DNA from: an uncultured Candidatus Saccharibacteria bacterium
Lineage (GTDB): Bacteria > Patescibacteriota > Doudnabacteria > UBA920
Length of the DNA stretch: 55,279 nucleotides
Direction of reading: 5' to 3'
Assembly (NCBI GenBank): GCA_964648985.1
Contig: CAZYMS010000008.1
Coordinates: 1-55,279 of the forward strand
Shown: positions 7,908-17,679 of the stretch, piece after piece
How the letters are laid out: each line of letters starts with the position of its first letter
Position numbering within the stretch: the stretch's first letter is position 1
Position numbers and translations under genes: made by a program
The notes under the pieces: model-generated
What the model was told of the DNA's origin: nothing
Seen by the model: only the letters and a program-made list of their open reading frames with translations
Database searches by the model: none

Positions 7908-9654
7908 GCTCATGACTCGGCCACCGTTAAAACCTAAATCAAACTCTGGTCGTATTCGGTTTTTGGCCGGGTTTTTTGGTTTGCTGTTTGTATGCCTTGT
8001 GCTACGGCTTACAACACTTCAGGTCGCCTCTAGTGATTATTATAAAGGTCTTGCCCAGGACCAACATGCTTTTTTTGCGAAGCTTAGTCCTTTGCGGGGC
8101 GACATTAAAATTTCAGATCAATTAAGTCCGGAAAGCTACCCCGTCGCTACCAACATTGAGGCTACATTGGTCTACGCAGTTCCTAAAGATATTAAGGATG
8201 CGCAGGCTACGGCAAAGGCTTTGGCCCCCATAATTGGTTCTACCGAGGGAGATCTTGCTTCTAGGCTCTCAAACTTGGATAGGGTATATGTACCCTTGAA
8301 GCACCGGCTTACCGACAGCGATAAAAAAGCCATAGAAGCATTGAACTTGTCCGGGGTACACTTTGACTCAGAACGCGTGCGTTTTTACCCAGAGAGGCAA
8401 TTTTTAAGCCATATAGTAGGTTTTTTGGGATATAGAAGCGATAGTGGTTCAGATCAGGTCGGTGTATATGGTCTAGAACGAAAGTACGATGCCATACTTT
8501 CCGGTATGGCCGGAGGAATACGTAATCAAAGTGCTGCTGGCCGCTGGTTATTCGGTTCTGGTGGCGACTTCATTCCTGCCCAAAACGGTAACAGCCTCAT
8601 GCTTACTATTGACCGCGCTATCCAAATGCAAGCTGAGCAGGTATTAACTAAAGCAGTAATAGACAACCTTGCGGATGGCGGTTGTATTACCGTTATGGAT
8701 CCCAAAACAGGTGCTATCTTGGCTATGGCCAGTAACCCTAGCTACGATCCAAACGAATATAGTAAAGTGGCCGATCAGGCCGTATTCATTAACTCATGTA
8801 CTAGTAGTAGCTATGAGCCTGGCTCTGTTTTTAAAGCAGTCACTATGGCCGCTGGTGTAGAAAAAGGCGTAGTCGGCCCGGATACTACCTATGACGATAC
8901 GGGACAAGTAGTGGTAGATGGCTATACTATTAAAAACTCAGACAATAAAGCGCACGGTATCCAGACAATGACCCAAGTGCTGGAAGAGTCCCTCAATACT
9001 GGTGTTATTTTTGTGAAAGATAAAATAGGCAACTCACTCTTTTCAGACTATGTGAGTAAATTTGGATTTGGGTCTCCTACCGGTATTGACCTGCCTGAAT
9101 CTACTGGTAACACAAATAATATAAAAGGGAATGTACAAGTAAACTTCGACACTGCAAGTTTTGGTCAGGGTATATCGGTAACACCACTCCAAATGGTGCG
9201 GGCGTATGCCGCACTGGCGAATGGTGGTCGTTTGCCCACGCCGTACGTTGTTGCTGCACAAATTACTCCAGACGGAAAAACAATTTCTACTGAGACCAAA
9301 CTGTCTGCTCCTGTCATCTCAGAAAAAACCGCGAGTACGCTTGGGGCGATGCTTGTGAGCGTGGTAGAGCGAGGACATGGCAAGCGCGCAGCTGTTAAGG
9401 GATATTATGTTGCAGGAAAAACCGGAACCGCACAGGTGGCAAAGAAAGAGGGCGGGGGATATGACCCAAATAATAACATTGGTACTTTTGTTGGGTATGC
9501 GCCCGTAGAAGACCCTAAATTTGTTATGCTTGTACGCGTAAATCACCCGCGCACTGTGCAGTTCGCAGAAAGCACTGCGGCACCTGCCTGGGGACAAATG
9601 GCGCAGTTCTTGCTGTCGTACTTCAATGTGCCACCGAACAGGCCAGTAAAGTGA
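7906..9654 (+). CDS. ftsI: class B penicillin-binding protein (FtsI/PBP2-type transpeptidase)
   Basis: SVFK (SxxK), SDN (SxN) and KTGTA motifs, N-terminal TM anchor, dcw position. Start is the TTG at 7906 or the ATG at 7912. Confidence 0.85.
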   Translation: MLMTRPPLKPKSNSGRIRFLAGFFGLLFVCLVLRLTTLQVASSDYYKGLAQDQHAFFAKLSPLRGDIKISDQLSPESYPVATNIEATLVYAVPKDIKDAQATAKALAPIIGSTEGDLASRLSNLDRVYVPLKHRLTDSDKKAIEALNLSGVHFDSERVRFYPERQFLSHIVGFLGYRSDSGSDQVGVYGLERKYDAILSGMAGGIRNQSAAGRWLFGSGGDFIPAQNGNSLMLTIDRAIQMQAEQVLTKAVIDNLADGGCITVMDPKTGAILAMASNPSYDPNEYSKVADQAVFINSCTSSSYEPGSVFKAVTMAAGVEKGVVGPDTTYDDTGQVVVDGYTIKNSDNKAHGIQTMTQVLEESLNTGVIFVKDKIGNSLFSDYVSKFGFGSPTGIDLPESTGNTNNIKGNVQVNFDTASFGQGISVTPLQMVRAYAALANGGRLPTPYVVAAQITPDGKTISTETKLSAPVISEKTASTLGAMLVSVVERGHGKRAAVKGYYVAGKTGTAQVAKKEGGGYDPNNNIGTFVGYAPVEDPKFVMLVRVNHPRTVQFAESTAAPAWGQMAQFLLSYFNVPPNRPVK

Positions 9655-9748
9655 CAAGTGGCAAGTGTAAAGTGACAAGTAAAACACGAGACCTCGTCTT
9701 GCGCTTCTTTGTTTTTACTTGTCACTCGTCACTTTGCACTCTTCACTG
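9645..9748. repeat. GTGACAAGT-type inverted repeat element overlapping the ftsI stop codon
   Basis: Left arm AAGTGACAAGTGGCAAGTGTAAAGTGACAAGTAAAA, right arm TTTTTACTTGTCACTCGTCACTTTGCACTCTTCACT. The ftsI TGA (9652-9654) lies in the first word. Confidence 0.75.
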
Positions 9749-9973
9749 AGAGTCGTGCTGCGTGCGCAACTTGCCCCAATGAATGTTGTTCCATAGGCGT
9801 TCATGGATTATGTAGAGTATAGTGCTGCCAATATTGGAGAGTATAATTACTTTGAGCGTGGTGTCGTATTGCCGTGTGATAGCAAATATAATAAGCCCAT
9901 CCGCCATGAGAATAATAAACCGATAGGTAATTGCTTTTAAGATAGACCGTTTATAATGTTCGTGGAAAGCCAT
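9743..9973 (-). CDS. DUF2061-like small membrane protein
   Basis: KAITYRFIILMADGLIIFAITR ... ILYIIHERLWN pattern. Start placed at the ATG at 9973 (MAFHEHYKRS). Confidence 0.6.
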   Translation of the reverse strand: MAFHEHYKRSILKAITYRFIILMADGLIIFAITRQYDTTLKVIILSNIGSTILYIIHERLWNNIHWGKLRTQHDSQ

Positions 9974-10003
9974 AATTTCATAAGCTCCAAATATCAAATG
10001 ATA

Positions 10004-10097
10004 AATATCAAATAAATTCCAAATTCAAAAATCTTAAACGTGTACGCTCTCTCTATATTGAATATTGGCATTTTGAATTTGGCGTGTATTTGATATT
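10004..10097. repeat. word-based inverted repeat (ATATCAAAT / CCAAATTC words)
   Basis: AATATCAAATA (10004-10014) is complementary to TATTTGATATT (10087-10097). CCAAATTCAAAA (10019-10030) is complementary to TTTTGAATTTGG (10071-10082). Confidence 0.75.
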
Positions 10098-10113
10098 CAG
10101 TACCTATAATTTG

Positions 10114-10800
10114 TTATTTTAATTCTCTTTTCGTAACATTTATTTGGTCTAGTTCTGCAGCGCAAAAGTTAGTTACAATTTCACGTGCCACGAGCTTTGC
10201 ATTGCCCCTAGTTTCCGCATGGCTGTTCATGAGGCAGTCTGGTTTTTCGTTGTGTACTAAACCAATTTGGTGGCCAAATTCATGTAGTAATGTAGACATG
10301 ACGTACAGTTCTTTTGTTTCGGGGGCAGCAGCGCTAAATTCTTCCAGTCCTTGTTTGTACAAAATAATGCCCCTCTCATTGTACGTTTTGCCGAGTGTGA
10401 GAGGGTTTTCTTCGTTCATACTTTCAAGGTAAATGTATAGCGGCGCGCTGTGTGAGGGTAGGCTGTCGGCACTCGTAAGTAGCTGGACTGGTTTGCCGGT
10501 AACTTCTGTAATTTTTTGACTAAACTGTTGCCATACCGACTCCGCGAACCACGGGTCAACATATGGTTTACGTATCACAGCAATATACTCTGTACGCGTG
10601 CCGAGGTATTCACTTTTTGCATCCCCGTCATCGTGCAGGTTGAATATAGTACGAAAACCTTCAACTTTCGCCAGCCGAGGGCGCCAGGCAGTGTTGAACC
10701 AATTGTCTTCGCTGCCGCTCGCTCCCAGAGCAAAAGCACTCGCTGTAGTGCCGAGGCAAATAATCACTATTAAGACTAGTATTGCAAGAGTTTTTAGCAC
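10114..10800 (-). CDS. secreted zinc metalloprotease, metzincin-like
   Basis: Signal peptide. HEFGHQIGLVH (HExxHxxGxxH) followed by CLMN as a Met-turn candidate. Confidence 0.7.
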   Translation of the reverse strand: MLKTLAILVLIVIICLGTTASAFALGASGSEDNWFNTAWRPRLAKVEGFRTIFNLHDDGDAKSEYLGTRTEYIAVIRKPYVDPWFAESVWQQFSQKITEVTGKPVQLLTSADSLPSHSAPLYIYLESMNEENPLTLGKTYNERGIILYKQGLEEFSAAAPETKELYVMSTLLHEFGHQIGLVHNEKPDCLMNSHAETRGNAKLVAREIVTNFCAAELDQINVTKRELK

Positions 10801-10806
10801 GAGCGA

Positions 10807-12063
10807 TTATGGGTGGGTAATCTTATATATAACCCCTGCCTTATCATCGCTTACGAATAATCCTTGGCCGGTGCTTGCAAGTATATCAACGGGTCGGCCA
10901 AGCGCAGTCTTGTTGTCGCTCGCTAGAAATCCAGTGAGAAAATCCGATGTACCTGTTACTGTACCTGTAGCATCAAGTTCGTAGTGCACTATTTTATACC
11001 CAGTGGGTATGCTGCGGTTCCATGAACCATGGTAGGCGACCAATAAGTCGCCCCTAAACTCTTCTGGCCAAGCCGTATTGTAATGGTCATCGTTAGCAGG
11101 AATAAATGCAAGTCCAAGCGGGGCGGAGTGCGCTGGTATCTCAATTTGTGGTGTTTGTTTGTCAGCACATGGGTCACGAATATACTGGTTTTTATCAAAG
11201 TCCGTGTCGTGGATGTTTTTGCTATAGCATATGGGCCATCCATAACTTTTACCTTCCGCAATAATATTCACTTCGTCTGGCGGGGTATTGTCCCCCAAGA
11301 GGTCCCGCCCCATATCAGTAGCCCATAGTTCTCCTGTTTGTGGATTCTCAGCCATGAATACGGAGTTGCGCAGACCTGTTGCGTAGGGTTTGAAGTCGCT
11401 GCCATCAAGATTGCTACTCCATATTGCGGCTCTTCGGTCGTCTGTTTCGTTGCATACATTACAGGAAGATCCAATTGCAACCAAAAGCCGGGGTCCGTTC
11501 GCAGTGTTTATTATATGCAATGTTCGTGTAGTGTGGTTGCCACCGCTAGGGAGCTCGAGTATTTTTTGGGGTGCTGTTGCCATCGCTTTGGCTGTATCGT
11601 ACGTGAATACTTTTACGCTATTTACCTCTGCTACAAAAAGTTTGCAGGTAGTTTGGTCACATCGAAATACAAAACCATGCGGTTTATTCAATCCGGTAAC
11701 TACAGGAATAGGTGAACCGGCAATACCATTTGTATCATCAAACGCGACAAGCTTTCCCTGGCTAGGAATGCTGGCCACAAGCCGTCCATGCGGATCAAGG
11801 CCCAGTGCGCGTGGGCTTCCAAGGTCTTTGGCGTATATGGATATACCAAAGCCGTCGGGTAGGTGCAGGGGCATGCCCGTGGTATTTACAGCGGCAGCAG
11901 GGGAGCCGCTTGGCGGAATGACATCGGTTATATCAGTGTCGGGCGAACGAAATGCTGGTCCGCTGCCAGAGAGGTTGAGTTTATAAAACCAAGCTCCCGC
12001 GGACAACGCTGCAATTATAAACACAGCTATAATCCCGAAAGTAATTTTCTTTTGTTTACTCAT
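10807..12063 (-). CDS. PQQ-dependent sugar dehydrogenase (soluble glucose/sorbosone dehydrogenase family, beta-propeller)
   Basis: N-terminal anchor plus the LGLDPHGRL, GGNHTTRTL, GRDLLGDNTPPDEVN, SYGWP and HSAPLGLAF pattern typical of this family. Confidence 0.7.
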   Translation of the reverse strand: MSKQKKITFGIIAVFIIAALSAGAWFYKLNLSGSGPAFRSPDTDITDVIPPSGSPAAAVNTTGMPLHLPDGFGISIYAKDLGSPRALGLDPHGRLVASIPSQGKLVAFDDTNGIAGSPIPVVTGLNKPHGFVFRCDQTTCKLFVAEVNSVKVFTYDTAKAMATAPQKILELPSGGNHTTRTLHIINTANGPRLLVAIGSSCNVCNETDDRRAAIWSSNLDGSDFKPYATGLRNSVFMAENPQTGELWATDMGRDLLGDNTPPDEVNIIAEGKSYGWPICYSKNIHDTDFDKNQYIRDPCADKQTPQIEIPAHSAPLGLAFIPANDDHYNTAWPEEFRGDLLVAYHGSWNRSIPTGYKIVHYELDATGTVTGTSDFLTGFLASDNKTALGRPVDILASTGQGLFVSDDKAGVIYKITHP

Positions 12064-12078
12064 ATGCGTTTACAATTA

Positions 12079-12567
12079 CTATTGGTCCTTTGTAAATATC
12101 TGAATAGCTTGAGCTATTTCATTCGGAATCGCGCCAAGGCAGTCGTACCTATTTACTTCTTCTGCATTTACCCAGGCATATTCAGTAAAGCTTCCAGCTT
12201 CCAATATTACTTCACCGCTTTTATAGCGAGCTGCAAATGACAGGGTAATAACTGGTATGCTGTCTGGTCGTACAAAGGTTAAACTTCGTAGGTAGGTAAA
12301 TTCTGGTATTAGTTCAATGCCGGACTCTTCCCGTGTTTCCCGCATAAGGAGGTTCTCAAGAGCGTTTCTATTTACCTGCTCTGGGAGGTCTTTTCGCTCA
12401 AGTTTGCCGCCAGGCACGGCCCACTTACCACCTCCCACTACTTCACGCTCATGACGTTTCATAATTAAGCACCGTTTGTCACTGTCTCGGTACACAACAA
12501 CAGTAGGAGCGAAGTAGAAGAGTTTGTCTAATTTTGCGTGGTCAAGGGAAATAGTTGGGTCAGGCAT
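12079..12567 (-). CDS. NUDIX hydrolase
   Basis: GGKLE...RETREESGIE Nudix box. Confidence 0.75.
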   Translation of the reverse strand: MPDPTISLDHAKLDKLFYFAPTVVVYRDSDKRCLIMKRHEREVVGGGKWAVPGGKLERKDLPEQVNRNALENLLMRETREESGIELIPEFTYLRSLTFVRPDSIPVITLSFAARYKSGEVILEAGSFTEYAWVNAEEVNRYDCLGAIPNEIAQAIQIFTKDQ

Positions 12568-12584
12568 ACTACAAGCAGAACAAC

Positions 12585-13481
12585 TTAAGAATGACGAGGC
12601 TTTGGCTTGCCGGCGGTGCGAGCGCGACGAGTTTTTTCAGTAATAGGAGGAAGGTGCGTGGGTCCGTAGTCAGACATTTGTACTCCGGCGGGGTTGTGTT
12701 CGAGGTGTATGGCACGGGGGTGCTGGAACGCACCGTTAAGCAATAACTTGTTTATATAGTGATAGGCCGCTTCCGCGTGTTCTACTACATGGTAAAGATC
12801 TACATCTTCCGGCGCAATGGCACGGTGGTCTTTTAGGACCACTTTGTTTATCCATGCAAGTAATGGTTTCCAAAAATCGCGATCTATTAAAAGAACGTAC
12901 ACTCCTGAGATTTTTTTTGTCTGAATAAGTGTAAGAATTTCAAATAGTTCATCGAGGGTGCCAAATCCTCCAGGGAAAAATATGTAAATTTGCGCAACCG
13001 AGGCGAGCATTACTTTACGCGTAAAGAAATAATGAAAACTTTCACTTTCATTTACATACCGGTTTACACGCTGCTCGTTGGGAAGTTGTATATTTAAACC
13101 AACAGATTTCCCCCCTGCTTCTCGCGCTCCCTTGTTTGCTGCTTCCATTATGCCTGGTCCGCCACCAGTAACGACAGCAAAGCCTTCTTTGGCTAGTAAA
13201 TACGAAAGTTTTTGAGCGTCACGGTACACGCCGTGTTCTGCGCCCCAGCGTGCAGAACCAAATATGCTCACCGCATAGTCAAACTGGCCAATGAAGCGGA
13301 ATCCCTCCATAAACTCTGAAACGATACGCCAGAGCCTGGCAGGGGAAAAGAGGTCTGCCTGGGGGCTCATGAGTGAGTGAAGCTGCCGCTTACTGAGGCG
13401 TGCCTCTGCTTGCAGGGGGGTTTTCTTGGCTTTTTTGGGTAGTACTACGTGTATTTTTTTCAGTTTTTTTTCAGTAGCCAT
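12585..13481 (-). CDS. LOG-family (TIGR00730-type) nucleotide phosphoribohydrolase with N-terminal extension
   Basis: [24 protein letters not shown] and [12 protein letters not shown] motifs. Confidence 0.8.
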   Translation of the reverse strand: MATEKKLKKIHVVLPKKAKKTPLQAEARLSKRQLHSLMSPQADLFSPARLWRIVSEFMEGFRFIGQFDYAVSIFGSARWGAEHGVYRDAQKLSYLLAKEGFAVVTGGGPGIMEAANKGAREAGGKSVGLNIQLPNEQRVNRYVNESESFHYFFTRKVMLASVAQIYIFFPGGFGTLDELFEILTLIQTKKISGVYVLLIDRDFWKPLLAWINKVVLKDHRAIAPEDVDLYHVVEHAEAAYHYINKLLLNGAFQHPRAIHLEHNPAGVQMSDYGPTHLPPITEKTRRARTAGKPKPRHS

Positions 13482-13540
13482 GTGCTTATATTTTACGTAT
13501 ATCTCTTCTTGTAGTATATCAGAAAATATATGAAAAATAA

Positions 13541-13568
13541 TACAACCACCTGCATGCAGGTGGTTGTA
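13541..13568 (-). terminator. rho-independent terminator (perfect 28-nt palindrome)
   Basis: TACAACCACCTGCATGCAGGTGGTTGTA. A T-rich tract follows on the minus strand. Confidence 0.65.
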
Positions 13569-13582
13569 TTTTAACTCTACCG

Positions 13583-14221
13583 TTATTTGGTCTCTTCCGG
13601 CTTAGCAGTCGATTCTTCAATAATAACCACTTCTGTATCTTTCTCGATTATATTACCGAAGCTTCGAGCCAGGTTGCCCAGCGCGACGCTGAGTAGAGCA
13701 GAAAGCAGTAAAAGTACCACCCAGGTTATAAGGGATATAAGAGCAAGGCTGTGCTCACGCTTTTCTATTTCACGAATGTTGCGACCGGCAAGGATGTAGT
13801 AGTCCGAGTCACCACTTTTAACGGGCATTACTACTGCGGCTATACGGACTCCTTTTTCTGGCTGCCAGGTAAGTATGTTGCGGCCATGCTTTTTTGCATC
13901 GTCGAATACTCCTTTTGGTGGGACAGGGTCTTTATCGTTCAGCTTTGCGGATGAGCCTACCACTTTACCATCTTTATCAAAGATCATGGCAAAGGCAGCA
14001 AGGCTATCTTTAATATTTGTACCAGCGCTTGGAGGTATTATTTGATCTGCTGGGGCCCCCTTAGTTATGGCTTCGCTAATTTCCTGAGTAATTTCTATTT
14101 GAGGGTCATTGGCATTTTGGCGATAATTTTGCTGTACCCCGGCGTATACGAGACCAACCAGGACAGTCATAATAGCGGCCAAAATCACCCAAATTCCAAA
14201 CAGTTTAGAACGTGTATTCAT
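13583..14221 (-). CDS. hypothetical membrane protein (N- and C-terminal TM helices)
   Basis: Long ORF with hydrophobic segments [23 protein letters not shown] and [21 protein letters not shown]. Confidence 0.55.
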   Translation of the reverse strand: MNTRSKLFGIWVILAAIMTVLVGLVYAGVQQNYRQNANDPQIEITQEISEAITKGAPADQIIPPSAGTNIKDSLAAFAMIFDKDGKVVGSSAKLNDKDPVPPKGVFDDAKKHGRNILTWQPEKGVRIAAVVMPVKSGDSDYYILAGRNIREIEKREHSLALISLITWVVLLLLSALLSVALGNLARSFGNIIEKDTEVVIIEESTAKPEETK

Positions 14222-14281
14222 GTGTTTCTATTTACTTATACCTTATACTAGCAGGATTTTGGCAAAATCCCAATAGGGGGT

Positions 14282-14569
14282 CTAGGCTATTAATAAGTTA
14301 TATGTGCGTTTTTCCGAGGATATTGTTTCTCGTGCTACGTGGAGGAAGGCAAAATAAGCCACCAGGGTACTGAGGGCCGCTGTGCTTGTGGCAAGTACAA
14401 TCACAGCATGTGTATGCTCTGAGAATTGTTTACTATAGTTCTTGCCTGCATACACGCTCGCGATGCCGGGAAGGAGTGCAGGTAGTTTAATAAGCCGCCT
14501 GAGGATTATATCAATAGCATCCCCTGATATATGCTCATCCAAGCGAAGAAAAAAAGTTTGCATAACCAT
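14282..14569 (-). CDS. possible Dabb (stress-responsive alpha/beta barrel) family protein
   Basis: About 95 aa with the PGIASVYAGKNYS...HTHAVIV...AL..LVAY pattern resembling Dabb domains. Confidence 0.4.
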   Translation of the reverse strand: MVMQTFFLRLDEHISGDAIDIILRRLIKLPALLPGIASVYAGKNYSKQFSEHTHAVIVLATSTAALSTLVAYFAFLHVARETISSEKRTYNLLIA

Positions 14570-14613
14570 ATACTTCAGTATACTCCACGTTTAAAGTGAG
14601 AGGTGTGTATAAT

Positions 14614-14637
14614 AAACCGCCCAGAGCAGGGCGGTTT
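14614..14637 (-). terminator. rho-independent terminator
   Basis: AAACCGCCC-loop-GGGCGGTTT with a T-run on the minus strand. Confidence 0.7.
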
Positions 14638-14646
14638 AAAAATAGG

Positions 14647-15096
14647 TTATATGCGGTGGTGGTCAGCGCGCCAGGTTTTAATGGCTCGTTTTATTTGATC
14701 GTTAGTCAGGTTTTCCGAGACTGCACGTTTTGCAAGGTCTATAAATTCTTCATCGCTGGCAAATCGTAGAGCAATAATTTGCTTCATAGTGAGCGCTCTG
14801 TCTAAGGGCTTCCCTGTTGCAGTAAAGTGACGGAAGTTTTCTTCGGCGCGTATGGCACGGTCTTGCACTTTGGCGCTAAAGCTGCGTATAAAGAATGCGG
14901 CAAACCCGATGAACACAACTATGCCAAGTATGAGCCATGATTGCACGAGTGAGACATATCCGCAGCCATTCTTGTGCGTCCATTGCCAGTGAATATTATA
15001 AGCGCTACCAATGAGCAATAGGAGCAACAAAAGAGAGAGCCAGATATGAAATAAAGGGGTTAGTTTTCTATGGTTTGCGTAATTTTGTTCTTTCAT
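14647..15096 (-). CDS. hypothetical membrane protein (two TM helices)
   Basis: Long ORF with two clear hydrophobic helices. No catalytic motif seen. Confidence 0.55.
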   Translation of the reverse strand: MKEQNYANHRKLTPLFHIWLSLLLLLLLIGSAYNIHWQWTHKNGCGYVSLVQSWLILGIVVFIGFAAFFIRSFSAKVQDRAIRAEENFRHFTATGKPLDRALTMKQIIALRFASDEEFIDLAKRAVSENLTNDQIKRAIKTWRADHHRI

Positions 15097-15183
15097 GAGT
15101 ATGGGTTATGAATATATACCTATTATAGCATACCCAGGGTGTATATACGTGTAGCTTTTAAGCGGCCGTCTGTTTGTCCGTAT

Positions 15184-15233
15184 GCTATTTGAGCTTTGGC
15201 AATTCTCACAAAAAATTCCAAAGCTCAAATAGC
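15184..15233. repeat. perfect 16-bp-stem inverted repeat
   Basis: GCTATTTGAGCTTTGG (15184-15199) and CCAAAGCTCAAATAGC (15218-15233) with an 18-nt loop. Confidence 0.8.
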
Positions 15234-15239
15234 AAATCT

Positions 15240-15351
15240 CAAATAAGCACCAATACCCAAATTACAAGTACCAAATCCGGATATTCTCTCGTTTAGGATT
15301 TGGATATTGTGATTTATTTGTTATTTGGATTTTGTATTTTGGTGCTTATTG
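15240..15351. repeat. word-based inverted repeat (CAAAT / ATTTG words)
   Basis: AATAAGCACCAA (15242-15253) is complementary to TTGGTGCTTATT (15339-15350). CCAAATCC (15271-15278) is complementary to GGATTTGG (15296-15303). Confidence 0.75.
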
Positions 15352-15417
15352 ACAAGGCGGCCTAAGTCAGGGTCTATACAACACGTTACACTATTGGTGC
15401 TTAAGCAAATATGGCAA

Positions 15418-16077
15418 TTATTTCTTCATAGAAGCTAAACACTGGGTTTTTGCTGGTTCAGGTAGTTTGTTGCAGGCAGCCATCATCTGGTCCATATTTG
15501 TATTGCCCGGAATTGGGGCTATGGTAGGAGGGGTTTGATATTGGTCCATCATGGCGCTCATGTCAGCAAATTTTATATTCGTTGGAAGCACAAACACGCT
15601 ATTGTCTACTGACCAACCAGTACAGTTGTAATTCATGTCCCTATTTGGGTCAACGTTTACTTGGCCGGTATTATTTACATCGCCTTTCGTGCTATTGCCC
15701 TGCATGGCAGAAAAATCCATCTTGTAGCCACTGGTTTGTCCATCCATCCATACATAGCTGGTTTGTCCGTCAACTATCATGTGGGTAGTAGCAGTTGAGC
15801 CACCGGTTTTGGCAGTAAAGTCACCACGCATTTTGCCGCTGGTAATGTAGTTGGTGCCGCTGCTTGATTCTACATCGAATGTGCACTTTTGCGACTTGTT
15901 CATTGCCAAAAGGCTTTTGAGTGAAGATTTCTCTGTAGTTGAGTTTGTTTGTGTCTCTGCTAAGGACTTCGCAGCTGTGCTATCTGCAACTTCACTGGTA
16001 GGCTTTGCTCTGTTGAGCAACACGCCACCAACTAATAATACAAGCAGAACAATAACTCCTAAAATTACTTTTTTCAT
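15418..16077 (-). CDS. hypothetical secreted/anchored protein
   Basis: N-terminal hydrophobic segment VILGVIVLLVLLVGGVLL. No motif recognised. Confidence 0.55.
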   Translation of the reverse strand: MKKVILGVIVLLVLLVGGVLLNRAKPTSEVADSTAAKSLAETQTNSTTEKSSLKSLLAMNKSQKCTFDVESSSGTNYITSGKMRGDFTAKTGGSTATTHMIVDGQTSYVWMDGQTSGYKMDFSAMQGNSTKGDVNNTGQVNVDPNRDMNYNCTGWSVDNSVFVLPTNIKFADMSAMMDQYQTPPTIAPIPGNTNMDQMMAACNKLPEPAKTQCLASMKK

Positions 16078-16155
16078 AGCATTTAGTGCATACGATGGTA
16101 CCTAAAAATATTTCTAGATGGCATCAATGCAGATTTAATGAATATAGTACGATAT

Positions 16156-16698
16156 TTACAGTATATCACTACCTTTCGTTCGTTTTTTATAGCGCATTAC
16201 CATGGCGCCTAAAATGGCGCCCACAATTAGAGAGGTGGCGCTATAGGATAGGTAGGTTAAAGGCCTTGGGTCAGTGCTATTTCGCGGCTGAATCAAAAAC
16301 CCTGTTTCTTCTTTTTTACCAGTTTGTGGATTTGTAAAGCTTATGTCTACATCAAAATAATTTTCTTTTGGAAATGTGTAACTAAAATTGAGCGAGCCAT
16401 TTACATCGGTTGTTTCTGTAGTTGCGAACATTACCTTATCTTTGCTCTCATCTCCGTAGTACGTGTCTATGAGTTTTATTTGTACGTCCAAGTTTTTCCA
16501 GCGATCCAAGCTGTTGTACTGCTGAAATACCATGTTTATAGCGACCTTTTCGCCCACATATGGCGAAATAGGGGACTGCGTAACATACACGACCGTATCC
16601 CCAGCGCGCTTTTCAAACCCTCCGTGGGCATTCACTAGGCCGGGCATAAAAAATACCACAAACGTTGCGAATAGTATTTTTAGGTTATATTGTCTCAT
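16156..16698 (-). CDS. hypothetical secreted protein with C-terminal TM anchor
   Basis: Signal peptide MRQYNLKILFATFVVFFMPGLVNA and C-terminal helix LIVGAILGAMVM. Start moved to the ATG at 16698. Confidence 0.5.
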   Translation of the reverse strand: MRQYNLKILFATFVVFFMPGLVNAHGGFEKRAGDTVVYVTQSPISPYVGEKVAINMVFQQYNSLDRWKNLDVQIKLIDTYYGDESKDKVMFATTETTDVNGSLNFSYTFPKENYFDVDISFTNPQTGKKEETGFLIQPRNSTDPRPLTYLSYSATSLIVGAILGAMVMRYKKRTKGSDIL

Positions 16699-16763
16699 TT
16701 GTGTACAAATGTATAAGTTTGGAACCAGCACTTGGAGTAAAGCGTGTTGATGAGCATCGCAAG

Positions 16764-17591
16764 TTACGCTGTGTTTAAAGATACCGAAATACGCATCTTG
16801 GCAAATTCATTGAAAACAACTTTAATGCCATCCGCATTGGTGAACCATCCAGTTTTAGAATATGTATCTATAGTAGCCGAATTGACACGGAAGAATTTAG
16901 TTGAGTCGCTCGTATACTTGCGGAACTGCGCCCACCCACGCCGTTGTACGTAAGGAGAATTTACGAGAATTATGGAAGTTGGCATTTCGTTTTTCGCTTC
17001 CAGAAGACTTAGGGTGCGCCATACATTATCCGGAATTGTGATAGATTTATCTTCAATAATAATTGCTGTCTCTGGAACACCATTTTGAGTGGCGTACTGC
17101 TTGTAAATTTCTGCTTCAGTTGTCGCCTTATCGGTTCCGTAGAAAGGGTGGCCACCGCTTATGCATATGATTGGTGCAAGACCTGATTTGTATAATTCAA
17201 CCGCTTTGCTAATGCGCGCTGGAGTTTTTGCACCAAATACCATAATAATATTTGCTGGTTCAGGTTCGTCTTCCTCTGATAAATAATCATACACGGCATC
17301 TAAAATTGCTTGCGGCGGAGAAGTATCCTCGAGAATTTTTTCTATCGTCTGACTTGCACATGTATTAACTGTATCAATAAGGTCCCTGTTTTCAATATCA
17401 GCAAATGTGATTGATGTGCCAAAAAACTCATCACTAATCGCATAATAGTTGAGCAGGGCTAGTATAGATGTAAAATTTGGATAATGTACGTTTTCTTTGC
17501 CTGGGAATACAGGACGTCTCGCTTCGGCGGCAATAATATTTTTTAGTTCGTGTATATCTGGTAAAGAAATAAAGTTAGTTCGCTGTGGCAT
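16764..17591 (-). CDS. DUF218 (YdcF/ElyC-like) domain protein
   Basis: The C-terminal half has IIMVFGAKTP...LYKSGLAPIICISGGHP and ILVNSPYVQRR, characteristic of DUF218. Confidence 0.55.
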   Translation of the reverse strand: MPQRTNFISLPDIHELKNIIAAEARRPVFPGKENVHYPNFTSILALLNYYAISDEFFGTSITFADIENRDLIDTVNTCASQTIEKILEDTSPPQAILDAVYDYLSEEDEPEPANIIMVFGAKTPARISKAVELYKSGLAPIICISGGHPFYGTDKATTEAEIYKQYATQNGVPETAIIIEDKSITIPDNVWRTLSLLEAKNEMPTSIILVNSPYVQRRGWAQFRKYTSDSTKFFRVNSATIDTYSKTGWFTNADGIKVVFNEFAKMRISVSLNTA

Positions 17592-17679
17592 AATTTATCG
17601 AGTATGTATTAGGCTATTGCTATCAAAACCACAATTGAAAAAGAGTTGTACAATTGTGTAACTATTTTTCAATCTAATT

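Noticed and set aside
2090-15351. Could the short-word repeat arrays be CRISPR arrays?
   Set aside because: The units are 6-10 nt and degenerate, with no constant 24-40 nt repeat separated by unique spacers. The arms are mutually complementary. No cas genes are present in the window.
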